Source: Bacillota bacterium (GTDB lineage Bacteria > Bacillota > Clostridia > Lutisporales > Lutisporaceae). From it: a DNA stretch of 64,000 bases. Position numbers and translations under genes: made by a program. Positions within the stretch are counted from its first letter, which is position 1. Each line of letters begins with the position of its first letter. The stretch lies in the NCBI GenBank assembly GCA_049322695.1, contig JBMORW010000031.1:14349-78348 (forward strand), written 5' to 3'. Of the stretch, positions 8,463-18,291 are shown piece by piece. Below the pieces are notes generated by a model that saw only the letters and a list, made by a program, of their open reading frames with translations, was not told the origin of the DNA and searched no databases.

Positions 8463-9944
8463 TCATTGAAGCAATATATGATAAAACATATCAAGTATCC
8501 ACAGATTGGCTTCTTCAATTTGCCTATACTGAAGTATTTCCTGCCTGTAACAGCTTAGCAGCTTTCTTGCTTCTGAATCTTCTGTTTCTGCCCTTCTGCA
8601 TATATCCACATAGGTTTTATTGAAAGCTATGAAACCGCTGATTTTACTTGTATCCTCTTTACCAGCTGCCGTAAAGTCATAAAGCAGAGACTTAAAACTG
8701 CCCAACCATTTCGCCTTGTTTTTTTCAAACTCCTTTACGTATTCACTTTCCCCAGTTTTTAGCTTCATCTCTCTATAAATGCTGAAATTATTCATTTCAG
8801 CAATAATATTCTTTGCTTTCTGTTTATATTCAGTGAGTTTTTTTGCGGCAAGCTCCAGCCGGTACTCCTCTTCTTCATATGATTCTGTCTCAGAAGACTT
8901 GAGTATCGCTTCATTATTCAGAGCCTTATCAATGCTCAGCTCCAAGTATCCCTTTGAGTTGATTGTTATACAGCTGATCAACGCATCTCCAGTCACCTTA
9001 ACCGCGTCTTTACCGGCAGCCTTGAAATACAGTTCATAATGCTCTGCATTTATCAGATAAACTAAGGGAAGGCTGCATTTATATTTATCTCCTGTTCTTC
9101 TGAAGTTTTTTTCATAAATATATGTACTCGAAATATCATTATTGCTGATATCCTTTATGTAAACAGTGCCAGAGCTTTTTCCGTAAACTCCTATAAATGT
9201 TTTAGCTGCTATATCCTTGAGATTTTTTAGTTTCTCCTTAAGCAGGCTTTCCAGCATAAAAATTCTTATTCTGCTTTCATACAGCTGATAGATGTACATC
9301 TCTGCTTTTTTAGTGTTTCCTATATCTCGCAGTGACAATACATCAATAAAATACTTGTCGCCATCATCTGTCTCACTGTTTATCAGCTTCTCAAGCAGTT
9401 TATCCTGTAATGCCATTATCAGCTGTTCATATCCATTATTCTTCAAAGAGCTTTTTTTTACATATTCCTTGAAATACGTCAGTGCTTCTGAGTGATATGC
9501 AGAATCGGAAAAAAAATCTTCTTCTGCAACTTTAACCTCTGCTTTCAGCCTTTCGTGATAATACTCTCCAAAAAAACTGCCGCCAAATAAAATTGAGTAA
9601 TCCTTTATGGGAGTGCTTTTCCAGTTTATGACCTCTTTCAAAGCTGAAGTGTCCAACGCTTCGCTGCTGCTTCCGGTATAGTAAATACTGTTTATTATAT
9701 TAAAAAGAATTCTTTCTTTTTTGAGCAACTCCCGTAAATATGAACCATATTCATATAATTTTTGGTACTGCTCAGCTGTTTCAATACTTTTGAAATCAGT
9801 CAAATCCCTGAAAATGTCATTGTTAGTCAACTCTGCATCATCAATACCCTTCAAAACCTTTTCAGTCTGCAGAGCAAAACCTGTACTGCTTATCATAAGG
9901 CTTATCAGAACTGCCAGGATGACAGCGGCGGTCTTCTTTTTCAC
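8463..9944 (-). CDS. Secreted hypothetical protein, predominantly helical
   Basis: GTG start with a GAGGAGGTG RBS. The signal peptide is MKKKTAAVILAVLISLMISSTGFA. I recognise no family. Confidence 0.7.
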   Translation of the reverse strand: MKKKTAAVILAVLISLMISSTGFALQTEKVLKGIDDAELTNNDIFRDLTDFKSIETAEQYQKLYEYGSYLRELLKKERILFNIINSIYYTGSSSEALDTSALKEVINWKSTPIKDYSILFGGSFFGEYYHERLKAEVKVAEEDFFSDSAYHSEALTYFKEYVKKSSLKNNGYEQLIMALQDKLLEKLINSETDDGDKYFIDVLSLRDIGNTKKAEMYIYQLYESRIRIFMLESLLKEKLKNLKDIAAKTFIGVYGKSSGTVYIKDISNNDISSTYIYEKNFRRTGDKYKCSLPLVYLINAEHYELYFKAAGKDAVKVTGDALISCITINSKGYLELSIDKALNNEAILKSSETESYEEEEYRLELAAKKLTEYKQKAKNIIAEMNNFSIYREMKLKTGESEYVKEFEKNKAKWLGSFKSLLYDFTAAGKEDTSKISGFIAFNKTYVDICRRAETEDSEARKLLSCYRQEILQYRQIEEANLWILDMFYHILLQ

Positions 9945-9994
9945 AGCGGCACCTCCTCACAAAGCAAGCATATTTATAGTTATTAAACAAGCTG

Positions 9995-10912
9995 CTAGAA
10001 TATGCTCAAATTCAGCTCATTGGAAATATGCTCTAATACCTTTATACCTCCTACACTGTTTCCCTTCTCATCCAATGCAGGACCAAAAACTCCTATACCC
10101 ATTTTCCCAGGTACGGCTACCATGATTCCTCCACCTACACCGCTTTTAGCAGGCAGACCAACCTTTATGGCAAATTCTCCAGAAGCGTCGTACATTCCGC
10201 AGGTTACCATAAAAGTCTTTACAATCCGAGCAAGGCTCTTAGGTATCAGTCTTTCACCTGTTTTAGGGCTAATCCCGTCAGAAGCAAGCACTGCACCCAG
10301 CATAGCAATATCCCTGCAAGTAACCTCTATGGAACATTGTCTGAAATACAGATCCAATACCTCCTCAACTTCACCTTCAACTACGCCGGAATCCTTCATA
10401 AAATGCGCCAAAGCTCTGTTTCTATAGCCTGTTGTTTTCTCAGATAAGTAGACCGCATTGCTATAGTTTATTTCAGGATTATGACAAAGCATTCTAAAAA
10501 ATTCAAGAAGCCTTGTGAACTTTTCATCTGTTGATTGGCCTGCTATCATGGAATCTACTGCTATTGCACCTGCATTTATCATCGGATTCAAGGGCTTTGC
10601 AGTTTTGATGGTTTCAAGCTTTATTATAGAGTTAAAAGCATCACCTGTCGGCTCCATTCCTACCTTTTCAAAAACATAATCCATTCCTTTATCTGAAATA
10701 GCCAGCAAAAGTGCTATAGTCTTTGAGATGCTCTGAATGGTGAAACTTGAGTCAAAATCCCCCGAGCTCCAACAGCTGCCGCTCACTTCAACCACAGCTA
10801 CCCCCAGTTGATTGGGATTCACTTTTGAAAGCTCCGGTATATAAGAAGCAGGTCTGCCATTACCAATGAACCTTCTTCCATATTCTATGGCATTATCTAT
10901 TATGTTTTGCAT
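9995..10912 (-). CDS. glsA: Glutaminase A
   Basis: Serine-dependent glutaminase motifs (FTIQSISKTIALLLA, NPMINAGAI, PAKSGVGGGIM). The start is taken at ATG 10912 (GGGGG RBS 5 nt upstream) rather than the ORF-track start at 10933. Confidence 0.9.
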   Translation of the reverse strand: MQNIIDNAIEYGRRFIGNGRPASYIPELSKVNPNQLGVAVVEVSGSCWSSGDFDSSFTIQSISKTIALLLAISDKGMDYVFEKVGMEPTGDAFNSIIKLETIKTAKPLNPMINAGAIAVDSMIAGQSTDEKFTRLLEFFRMLCHNPEINYSNAVYLSEKTTGYRNRALAHFMKDSGVVEGEVEEVLDLYFRQCSIEVTCRDIAMLGAVLASDGISPKTGERLIPKSLARIVKTFMVTCGMYDASGEFAIKVGLPAKSGVGGGIMVAVPGKMGIGVFGPALDEKGNSVGGIKVLEHISNELNLSIF

Positions 10913-11075
10913 ATTGACCCCCACAATTATCATTTATCAAATCTTGGTTTCAGAAAAATTATATCATTTAATTATAAATTTTCAATACAAAGTATGTTTC
11001 TTCTGAAAGTATAATTATATAAATAGTTCGAGAAATATAGTATAATGAAAATATCATAGTATAGGGGTGTAGAGA

Positions 11076-12332
11076 ATGGAACAAAAACTGCTTTGCATTG
11101 ATTTAAAGAAATTCATATCTTCTATCTCCTTAGGCTTGGATTTGGCAGAAGCCTGTACCTTCAGAGATAGGAATAGGGTATATGATTTCGAGGTATCCAT
11201 ACCGGGTTTTAGTGTTTACAGCCATAATTTTGCATCTCACTCTAAAAAAACTGCCTTGATATCCATGTTTATTGCCAAAAAACTGGATTACAACGATGAA
11301 AAGCTTGATAACATCTATATTTCTTCTTTTCTTCATGATATTGGAGCAGTAGACGCCTTCAGCTCCTGCCATGCCGATAAGGGCTTCATATATGAACACT
11401 GCAGCTTCGGCTCTGATATCCTGAAAAAGCTTCCTGTTGATGATAAAATACCTGTCTATGTAAAGTATCATCATGAGCATTATGATGGTTCGGGTCCATA
11501 TGGCCTTGCAGGAAATGAGATTCCTATGGAATCAAGTATAATTCACATCGCAGATTTGTTCGAGCTTATGTATAGAGATGATATTCCAAATATTGTGCAA
11601 AGAAAGAAAATTGCCGGCTGGTTTAAGGAAAAGAGCGGAAGACTGTTTTCACCGGATGTGGTTGATGCCCTTTTAAGTGCTGCTGAAAGCGAACGATTCT
11701 GGCTGGATATTGAAAATATCAACTCCGACCAGGACATATTGGATCGAATACATCCTACTATTTATGCGCCGGTTACAGTAGAGAAGCTTATGGATATTGC
11801 TCTTGTTTTTGCGGTAATTATCGATAAGAAAAGCACCTTCACTCATCAGCATTCTGTTGGACTTACCAATCACTTGTCAAACTTTTGCAGCTATCTGAAT
11901 TATGATGAAGATAAGACTGCTAAAATGAAAATTGCTGGCTTGCTGCATGATTTGGGCAAGCTGTCCGTGCCGGAAAAAATACTGGATAAACCCGGAAAGC
12001 TGACAGTAGATGAATATACAATAATAAGATCTCACACTTATTACACTAAGCTCATTTTGGACAAGATAAACGGAATGGAGCTTATATCAAAATGGGCATC
12101 AAACCATCATGAAACATTAAGAGGGACCGGTTATCCGGAAAAACTGTCATCAGATGAGCTATGTACAGAAAGCCGTATATTAGCTGTATGTGATATTTAT
12201 CAGGCGCTAACTGAGAACAGGCCATACCGTCCGGGAATGTCAAAAAAAGATGCATTAACCATAATCGATAATCTTGTGTATCAAGGTGATATAGATAAAT
12301 ATATAGCAGGTATTCTAAAAGAAATAATATAG
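11076..12332 (+). CDS. Tandem HD-GYP domain protein (c-di-GMP phosphodiesterase family)
   Basis: N-terminal module: FLHDIGAVD ... HHEHYDGSGPYGL, where GPY replaces GYP. C-terminal module: LLHDLGKLSVP ... HHETLRGTGYPEKL ... CDIYQALTENRPYR, which is canonical. Confidence 0.85.
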   Translation: MEQKLLCIDLKKFISSISLGLDLAEACTFRDRNRVYDFEVSIPGFSVYSHNFASHSKKTALISMFIAKKLDYNDEKLDNIYISSFLHDIGAVDAFSSCHADKGFIYEHCSFGSDILKKLPVDDKIPVYVKYHHEHYDGSGPYGLAGNEIPMESSIIHIADLFELMYRDDIPNIVQRKKIAGWFKEKSGRLFSPDVVDALLSAAESERFWLDIENINSDQDILDRIHPTIYAPVTVEKLMDIALVFAVIIDKKSTFTHQHSVGLTNHLSNFCSYLNYDEDKTAKMKIAGLLHDLGKLSVPEKILDKPGKLTVDEYTIIRSHTYYTKLILDKINGMELISKWASNHHETLRGTGYPEKLSSDELCTESRILAVCDIYQALTENRPYRPGMSKKDALTIIDNLVYQGDIDKYIAGILKEII

Positions 12333-12334
12333 CC

Positions 12335-13783
12335 TTAAGTACCTGTTTTAATACTCTCCATACATTGTCCGATAACTGATATCCCTTCTGCTATCCTTTC
12401 CGGACTTGCCGCAGCAAAGCTTAAACGCATATATGCTCTGCCTTCGCTGCCGCTGAGAAACGCAGTTCCGGGTGTGAATATTACATTTTTTTCTTTGCAG
12501 GCTTCAAGCAATGCTACTGAATCAATGTTATCCGGCAGCCTTATCCAAAGATTTAGTCCTCCGTTTGGCTGCATAAAGCTTGCACCTCTGAGAAATTTGC
12601 GTGAAGCCCTTACTGCCTCATAATACCTGATACTGTACTCCTTCTTCATATATATCAGATGCTTATTCCATATACCACTCCTGAAATATATATCCAACAC
12701 TCTCTGCATAAAGCCGGAGGTTGATATATCAGTCATATACTTGGCATTGGCTACTTTATCCTTTATTTGCTCAGGGATCATTAAATAAGCCACTCGCAAG
12801 CCAGGCATGAATATCTTTGAAAAACTCTTAATATATATTACATTGTTATATTTATCATAGCTTTTTAATGGCAGCGAACCTTTTTCTATATAGCTCAGCT
12901 CACTGAGATAGTCATCCTCAAGCACCATTACTCCATACTTTTTACATAGAAGCAGCAGGTGTTTTTTCTTTCTTTCAGAATAGCTGCAGCCTGTAGGGTT
13001 TTGGAAATTAGGCATAATGTATATGAACTTAGGCTTAATGAATTTGAGTCTTTTCTCCAGCTCAACCATGTCCAGTCCATCATTCAGAAGCGGTATCTCA
13101 ATGATCTTAGCACCCCTTGATCTGAATACTGCAATAGCTCCCATATAGGTTGGACTTTCTACAAATACATAATCACCGCTTGACAGCAGTACCCTTGAAA
13201 TAATATCTATTCCCTGCTGTGCTCCCGAAATTATGTTAATATCATCTGCAGTTGCTGCAATGCCCTTTTTACCTATATAATCGCATATGGACTCTCGAAG
13301 AGGCATATACCCATGACTATCCTGATACGTAAAGGCTAAGCCCCCGTCTCTTTCAAGTACCTCATTTACAGCTTTTCTGAAATCAACAATCGGAAAAAGC
13401 TGCGGATCAGGAGACGCAGAGGCAAAATCAACTACATTTTTGGCAGATAAGCTCTGTAAGCTGTAATCAGCATCATCCACCAGAGATTCTTCCTTCACTT
13501 CCGTTATCAGCCCTTCCTTTATGGGCAGTACATAGGTGCCGCTTCCGCCCCTCTTATATACAAGCCTGTTCTCTTCCAACAGCCTGTATGCATTGATGAC
13601 GGTAACAGTATTTACCTCCAGCTCTAAGGCAAGCCTTCTTATAGTAGGAAGCCTCATATCAGGTTTTAGTATTCCTGTCTCTATATCGTTTTTCAACTTC
13701 TCATATATCTGAATATACATAGGCCTGTCTGAATCCTTATCCAGAGTAATTACCACCGGTCTACCCTTATCAATCACAAGCAT
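12335..13783 (-). CDS. MocR/GabR-type regulator (GntR HTH fused to a fold-type I aminotransferase-like domain)
   Basis: The GntR wHTH is RPMYIQIYEKLKNDIETGILKPDMRLPTIRRLALELEVNTVTVINAYRLLEE. The PLP-domain lysine context is IYIKSFSKIFMPGLRVAY. The start is uncertain: ATG 13783 directly abuts GGAGGG, whereas GTG 13777 has 6-nt spacing. The 13945 start in the ORF track is an over-extension. Confidence 0.85.
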   Translation of the reverse strand: MLVIDKGRPVVITLDKDSDRPMYIQIYEKLKNDIETGILKPDMRLPTIRRLALELEVNTVTVINAYRLLEENRLVYKRGGSGTYVLPIKEGLITEVKEESLVDDADYSLQSLSAKNVVDFASASPDPQLFPIVDFRKAVNEVLERDGGLAFTYQDSHGYMPLRESICDYIGKKGIAATADDINIISGAQQGIDIISRVLLSSGDYVFVESPTYMGAIAVFRSRGAKIIEIPLLNDGLDMVELEKRLKFIKPKFIYIMPNFQNPTGCSYSERKKKHLLLLCKKYGVMVLEDDYLSELSYIEKGSLPLKSYDKYNNVIYIKSFSKIFMPGLRVAYLMIPEQIKDKVANAKYMTDISTSGFMQRVLDIYFRSGIWNKHLIYMKKEYSIRYYEAVRASRKFLRGASFMQPNGGLNLWIRLPDNIDSVALLEACKEKNVIFTPGTAFLSGSEGRAYMRLSFAAASPERIAEGISVIGQCMESIKTGT

Positions 13784-13958
13784 CCCTCCATAAATGTATC
13801 GATACAATTGTACCAAAAAAGTGCTGTTAATTAAATAGTAAAACTCTGTAATTTTTCCTGTATTTGCCGATAATATATATATAGTGTTTTTTACAGGCAC
13901 TATCTTGAAGGTTAAAGGATTAGCCTTCAAAATAATATTGCACACGGAGGTGTAACAT

Positions 13959-15011
13959 ATGAAAATTTCAGCTTCTGAAATTACAATGACATCGCAGCAC
14001 AGCTATGTCGAGGAACACATCAAGTCAGAAAAGCTTCATTTTTGGACAGGTCAGTCTCCTCCCAAGCCGGCAGAGCAGGATAAGGATATAGGTGTACTGC
14101 TGGAAATCTCTCAGGAATCCCGCTATTTACTAGCCGAAAGCACAATGGGTACGGAAAGCATCAGCAGCGAAGAAGATCCGCTGGATAAGCTTACTGATAA
14201 GGAAAGGCTTAAGGTCATGCTTATAGAGGAATTCTTCAGGCACTTTCTGCGTAAAAAAGTGAAAATACGGTTGATAGACATGGATAGGCTTAGAACAATG
14301 CATAAGGATACCGACACCACGACAGTACTATCTGCAAAGCCATTAGGCTGGGGACTTTCCTATGACTATCACGAATCCCATTATGAAAATGAAAAGGTAT
14401 CCTTTTCGGCTAAGGGTGTAGTAAAAACGCAGGATGGAAGAGAAATCAGGCTTAATGTAGATATCAAGGCAAGCAGGGAATTCCTTTCACAAAGTAGTCT
14501 GAGTATCAGAGCAGGCGATGCAGTTCTTAAAGATCCTCTTGTTATTAACTACAACAGTACTTCATTTAATATTACAGACAAGAAGTTCAGCTTTGACATT
14601 GACAGTGACGGCACCTTGGATCAAATATCCTTTGCTGGAGATGGAAGCGGTTTTTTGAGCCTGGACGTCAATAATGACGGCATAATCAACAATGGAAGTG
14701 AACTGTTCGGAACCTCAAGCGGTGACGGCTTTGCAGACCTGGCTGAATACGATACGGATTCCAATGGCTGGATTGATGAAAATGATCCTGTATTTGAAAG
14801 GCTCCGCATATGGTCCAAGGATTCGGAGGGAAAGGATTACCTTTTTGCCCTGGGTGAAAAGGGCATAGGAGCAGTCTATCTGGGAAACACTTCAACGGAA
14901 TTTTCTCTTAAAAACGGAGATATAACAAACGGTGTTGCACGTAAGACAGGAATCTTCCTAAGAGAAAACGGAAGCGCAGGAACCATTCAGCACATAGATA
15001 TCGCAATATAA
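13959..15011 (+). CDS. Hypothetical protein with EF-hand/FG-GAP-like Asp-rich calcium-binding loops
   Basis: GGAGGTG RBS. The C-terminal half carries DIDSDGTLDQ, DVNNDGIINNGSELFG and DTDSNGWIDENDPVFERLRIW (DxDxDG-type loops). No signal peptide is visible. Confidence 0.7.
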   Translation: MKISASEITMTSQHSYVEEHIKSEKLHFWTGQSPPKPAEQDKDIGVLLEISQESRYLLAESTMGTESISSEEDPLDKLTDKERLKVMLIEEFFRHFLRKKVKIRLIDMDRLRTMHKDTDTTTVLSAKPLGWGLSYDYHESHYENEKVSFSAKGVVKTQDGREIRLNVDIKASREFLSQSSLSIRAGDAVLKDPLVINYNSTSFNITDKKFSFDIDSDGTLDQISFAGDGSGFLSLDVNNDGIINNGSELFGTSSGDGFADLAEYDTDSNGWIDENDPVFERLRIWSKDSEGKDYLFALGEKGIGAVYLGNTSTEFSLKNGDITNGVARKTGIFLRENGSAGTIQHIDIAI

Positions 15012-15013
15012 CC

Positions 15014-15044
15014 AAGAGGTAGGTTTGCACCTACCTCTTTATCT
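15014..15044 (+). terminator. Rho-independent terminator
   Basis: AAGAGGTAGG (15014-15023) pairs with CCTACCTCTT (15030-15039), followed by a T-rich tail. It overlaps the 3' end of the convergent gene. Confidence 0.7.
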
Positions 15045-16023
15045 TTTCAACCAGTTGTATGTCTGTACCGTTGGTTTTCATTTTGAAGAGCCTGCCGCCT
15101 GAAGTCTGCTTTATGTAATAAACCCAATCAGCAGCTGTATTTATAAACTGGGAAGCATCAAAGTTCAATACCTTACCTTTGCTGCCGTCCTTCATTACTC
15201 TGCTTATTCTTCCGTCGTTATAGCTGCTGCAGTAGTATATCCAATCACCATGGACATTTATATAGCTGGCACCCTCTTCTGTCAGCCTTGTATTTTGAGT
15301 TCCATCAGTTTTGACCTTATACAACCTGTTATTATCAGATTCATTGCAATAATATATCCAGTCTTCCTGAACATTAATAAAAGTAGCTATATTGTCAAGC
15401 AGCTTGATTTCCTCACTGCCATCTGTCTTCAGCTTGTAAAGTGTCATATTATCATTTCCGTTGCAGTAATAAATCCAATCATCCACTACACACACATATG
15501 AGGCAAAGCTGTCATTAAGCTTAACCTTTTCTGATCCGTCAGTCTTTATTTTGTAGATTGTTCTGTTGTCACTTTCATTGCTGAAGTATATCCAATCTCC
15601 CACCACGTTAATAAAGGTAGATTTTTCAGCGTCAAGCAATGTTCTTTCCGTACCGTCTGTCTTAATTTTATATAGGTTCTTTACAGGTTTTCCATCTATA
15701 TCATTTGCTATGCTGCTATAATAAATCCATTCACCGATAACATTTATGAACATAGACCTTTCGTCATTTACCTTTATGAAATCATCACTGCCCACCTTAG
15801 CCTTATATATGGAAACATTATCAGAACCATTACAAAAATAAACCCACTCGTCCTGAATTGCCGCTATACCTCCGTTTGTTATATTCCCTGTGCTGTTTCC
15901 TCTTTCATTTACAGCAGGCAGATCGCTGTAATCCTCGCCATTATCTATTTTTTCAGGCTTGCATCCGGATAAGCCGGCAGCTATCAACGCAAATACAAGC
16001 ATTATAACAAGTATCTTCTTCAT
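15031..16023 (-). CDS. Lipoprotein with repeated DUF5050-type beta-propeller blades
   Basis: Signal peptide plus lipobox (LIAAGLSGC). About seven repeats of the pattern W(I/V)YY.N..DN..(L/I)YK(I/V)KTDGS. GGAG RBS. Confidence 0.8.
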   Translation of the reverse strand: MKKILVIMLVFALIAAGLSGCKPEKIDNGEDYSDLPAVNERGNSTGNITNGGIAAIQDEWVYFCNGSDNVSIYKAKVGSDDFIKVNDERSMFINVIGEWIYYSSIANDIDGKPVKNLYKIKTDGTERTLLDAEKSTFINVVGDWIYFSNESDNRTIYKIKTDGSEKVKLNDSFASYVCVVDDWIYYCNGNDNMTLYKLKTDGSEEIKLLDNIATFINVQEDWIYYCNESDNNRLYKVKTDGTQNTRLTEEGASYINVHGDWIYYCSSYNDGRISRVMKDGSKGKVLNFDASQFINTAADWVYYIKQTSGGRLFKMKTNGTDIQLVEKIKR

Positions 16024-16267
16024 AATATTTCCCTAACTCCTTATACAATATAATTATATGTATATATTATAGCACCGAAAAGCTTCATAAAATATATATC
16101 GGCATAACTGCCGGCTTTTTTTATACTTAGCCGCAAAACTGGTTGTTTGTTGCATAAATATATATAATTTCATTATTGCTATATATTTTATTTAAATTCT
16201 TATATAATAAATATAGTATATTTTGGGGCATACTACCAATATGATTTTTAGAGAGGTGACATACTTG

Positions 16268-16918
16268 ATGAATTTCAGCAGGCTTCCAAATCATATAGGT
16301 TTTATACCCGATGGCAATAGACGTTGGGCAGCTTCAAAAGGAATGCAGAAGCAGGATGGATATTTTCATGGCATTAAGCCAGGATTTGAGCTCTATAAGA
16401 TTTGTCTGGAGCTTGGAATAAAGGAGTTGACTTTCTACGGCTTTACTCAGGATAATACCAAACGGCCCAGCGTTCAAACAGAAGCCTTTAGAAGGGCTTG
16501 TGTCGATGCGGTGCTTGAGCTTAGCAATAGAGATGCAGATCTGTTGGTTGTAGGTAATACTGAATCTCCTTTGTTTCCTGAAGAACTGCTTCCCTATACA
16601 AAACGAGTAAAATTTGGGAAGGGACTCATGAAAATAAACTTTTTGGTAAATTACGGCTGGAATTGGGATATAAATAACAGCATAAATCAAAAGCAGGATA
16701 TGGTGCATTTTACAGATGCCATTGCTTCCAGGGATATTTCAAGAATTGATTTGATAGTCCGATGGGGCGGCAGAAGAAGATTAAGCGGTTTTTTACCCAT
16801 ACAGTCTGTATATGCAGATTTCTATATTATTGATGATATGTGGCCTGATTTCAAGCCCGAACACCTGTACAGTGCATTGGAATGGTATCAGGTGCAGGAT
16901 GTTACCCTAGGGGGATGA
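16268..16918 (+). CDS. Divergent cis-prenyltransferase (UppS-family isoprenyl transferase)
   Basis: Start at ATG 16268 (GAGAGGTG RBS). Motifs are HIGFIPDGNRRWA near the N-terminus and VRWGGRRRLSGFLPIQSVYADFY...WPDF near the C-terminus. Confidence 0.8.
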   Translation: MNFSRLPNHIGFIPDGNRRWAASKGMQKQDGYFHGIKPGFELYKICLELGIKELTFYGFTQDNTKRPSVQTEAFRRACVDAVLELSNRDADLLVVGNTESPLFPEELLPYTKRVKFGKGLMKINFLVNYGWNWDINNSINQKQDMVHFTDAIASRDISRIDLIVRWGGRRRLSGFLPIQSVYADFYIIDDMWPDFKPEHLYSALEWYQVQDVTLGG

Positions 16919-16934
16919 TTGGGGGAGCTGTTTT

Positions 16935-18272
16935 ATGAGAATTGTACTGCCGGAGGCTGTAGAACAAATTATATCTGCTTTGGAGAGTAGAGGATATCAG
17001 GCATATGCTGTAGGGGGCTGCGTAAGGGACAGCATTATGGGGAGAGCTCCAAGTGATTGGGATATTGCTACAGCAGCAAAACCTGCTGAGGTTAAAGAGT
17101 TATTTAGTAATACTGTGGATACAGGCCTTAAGCATGGTACAGTAACAGTAATAATTGACAGCATCGGCTATGAGGTTACTACATTCCGGTTTGATGGAGA
17201 ATACATTGACAGCCGTCATCCAAATACCGTTGTGTATACCGAATCTCTGACAAATGACTTATCCAGACGCGATTTCACTATAAATGCCATTGCCTATAAC
17301 TACAATAGTGGCATGGTAGATCCTTTTGACGGGCTGTCAGATATAGGTAAAAAGCTTATTAGAGCAGTAGGAGATCCGCAAGTGAGATTCTCCGAGGATG
17401 CTCTGCGCATGCTGAGAGCAGTCAGATTTTCGGCACAGCTGGACTTTGACATTGATGAAGCTGCCATTGAAGCGATAAAATATAATTATACAAACATAGG
17501 AAGAATCAGCTTCGAAAGAATCAGAGAGGAGCTGAACAAGCTATTATTGTCAGACAAGCCATCTAAAATCGATCTGTTGAAAGAAACCGGGCTTCTAAAA
17601 ATTATATTGCCTGAACTTAATGCATGCTATAATACAGAACAAAGAAATCCCTACCATATATACAATGTCGCTGAGCATATTATTTCATCCGTATCCCACA
17701 TAGATAAGAATCTGCTTCTGCGCTGGGTCATGCTGCTGCACGACATAGGCAAGCCTCTGGTTAAAACAACAGATTCCAGAGGTATTCACCGCTTTAGCAA
17801 TCATGAGAAAGTAAGCGCGGTATTGGCCGAAAATATATTGAAACGCCTTAGATTTGACACTGCCTTTATTGAAGATGCAGTTAAACTGATACAATTCCAC
17901 AGCTTTCAGCTTGAACCTGATATAAAATCTGTCCGCAAAGCTATGTCAAAGCTTGGAGAACAGCTTTTTTTGCAGCTGATTAAGGTAAAGAGAGCAGATA
18001 TGCTGGCTCATGAACCTTACCTCTCCTATGACAGGCTCAATCTGCTTGACTATATTAACATACTATACAAGCAAATTATAAGTGAAGGACAATGCTTTAA
18101 CCTTAAAAGCCTTGCCGTAAACGGAAAAGATCTTCTTAATGCAGGCTTCAAGGAGGAAAAAAGAATAGGAAACATACTGGACAGCCTTCTTAATATTGTA
18201 ATAGATGACCCATCAATGAACAATAAGGATGCTTTATTGAAGGAAGCAGAAAAGATTAAGTACAATGATTAA
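16935..18272 (+). CDS. cca: CCA-adding tRNA nucleotidyltransferase
   Basis: Pol-beta nucleotidyltransferase head (AVGGCVRDSIMGRAPSDWDIAT, RRDFTINA) and an HD domain (LLHDIGKP). Confidence 0.92.
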   Translation: MRIVLPEAVEQIISALESRGYQAYAVGGCVRDSIMGRAPSDWDIATAAKPAEVKELFSNTVDTGLKHGTVTVIIDSIGYEVTTFRFDGEYIDSRHPNTVVYTESLTNDLSRRDFTINAIAYNYNSGMVDPFDGLSDIGKKLIRAVGDPQVRFSEDALRMLRAVRFSAQLDFDIDEAAIEAIKYNYTNIGRISFERIREELNKLLLSDKPSKIDLLKETGLLKIILPELNACYNTEQRNPYHIYNVAEHIISSVSHIDKNLLLRWVMLLHDIGKPLVKTTDSRGIHRFSNHEKVSAVLAENILKRLRFDTAFIEDAVKLIQFHSFQLEPDIKSVRKAMSKLGEQLFLQLIKVKRADMLAHEPYLSYDRLNLLDYINILYKQIISEGQCFNLKSLAVNGKDLLNAGFKEEKRIGNILDSLLNIVIDDPSMNNKDALLKEAEKIKYND

Positions 18273-18291
18273 GAGATTAATCATTGTACTT
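18258..18291. terminator. AT-rich 15-bp perfect inverted repeat between convergent genes
   Basis: AAGTACAATGATTAA (18258-18272) pairs with TTAATCATTGTACTT (18277-18291). The repeat spans both stop codons. Confidence 0.5.

Noticed and set aside
13784-13945. 54-codon N-terminal extension of the MocR regulator ORF
   Set aside because: The GntR wHTH starts about 20 aa after M55, the extension has no RBS, and GGAGGG lies right at 13784-13789.
16100-16122. Orphan hairpin + T7 (CGGCA-taac-TGCCG-GC-TTTTTTT) on the plus strand in the divergent intergenic region upstream of the prenyltransferase gene
   Set aside because: The stem is only 5 bp and there is no upstream plus-strand gene or convincing promoter. 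It could be an attenuator or the end of a small RNA, but the evidence is too weak.
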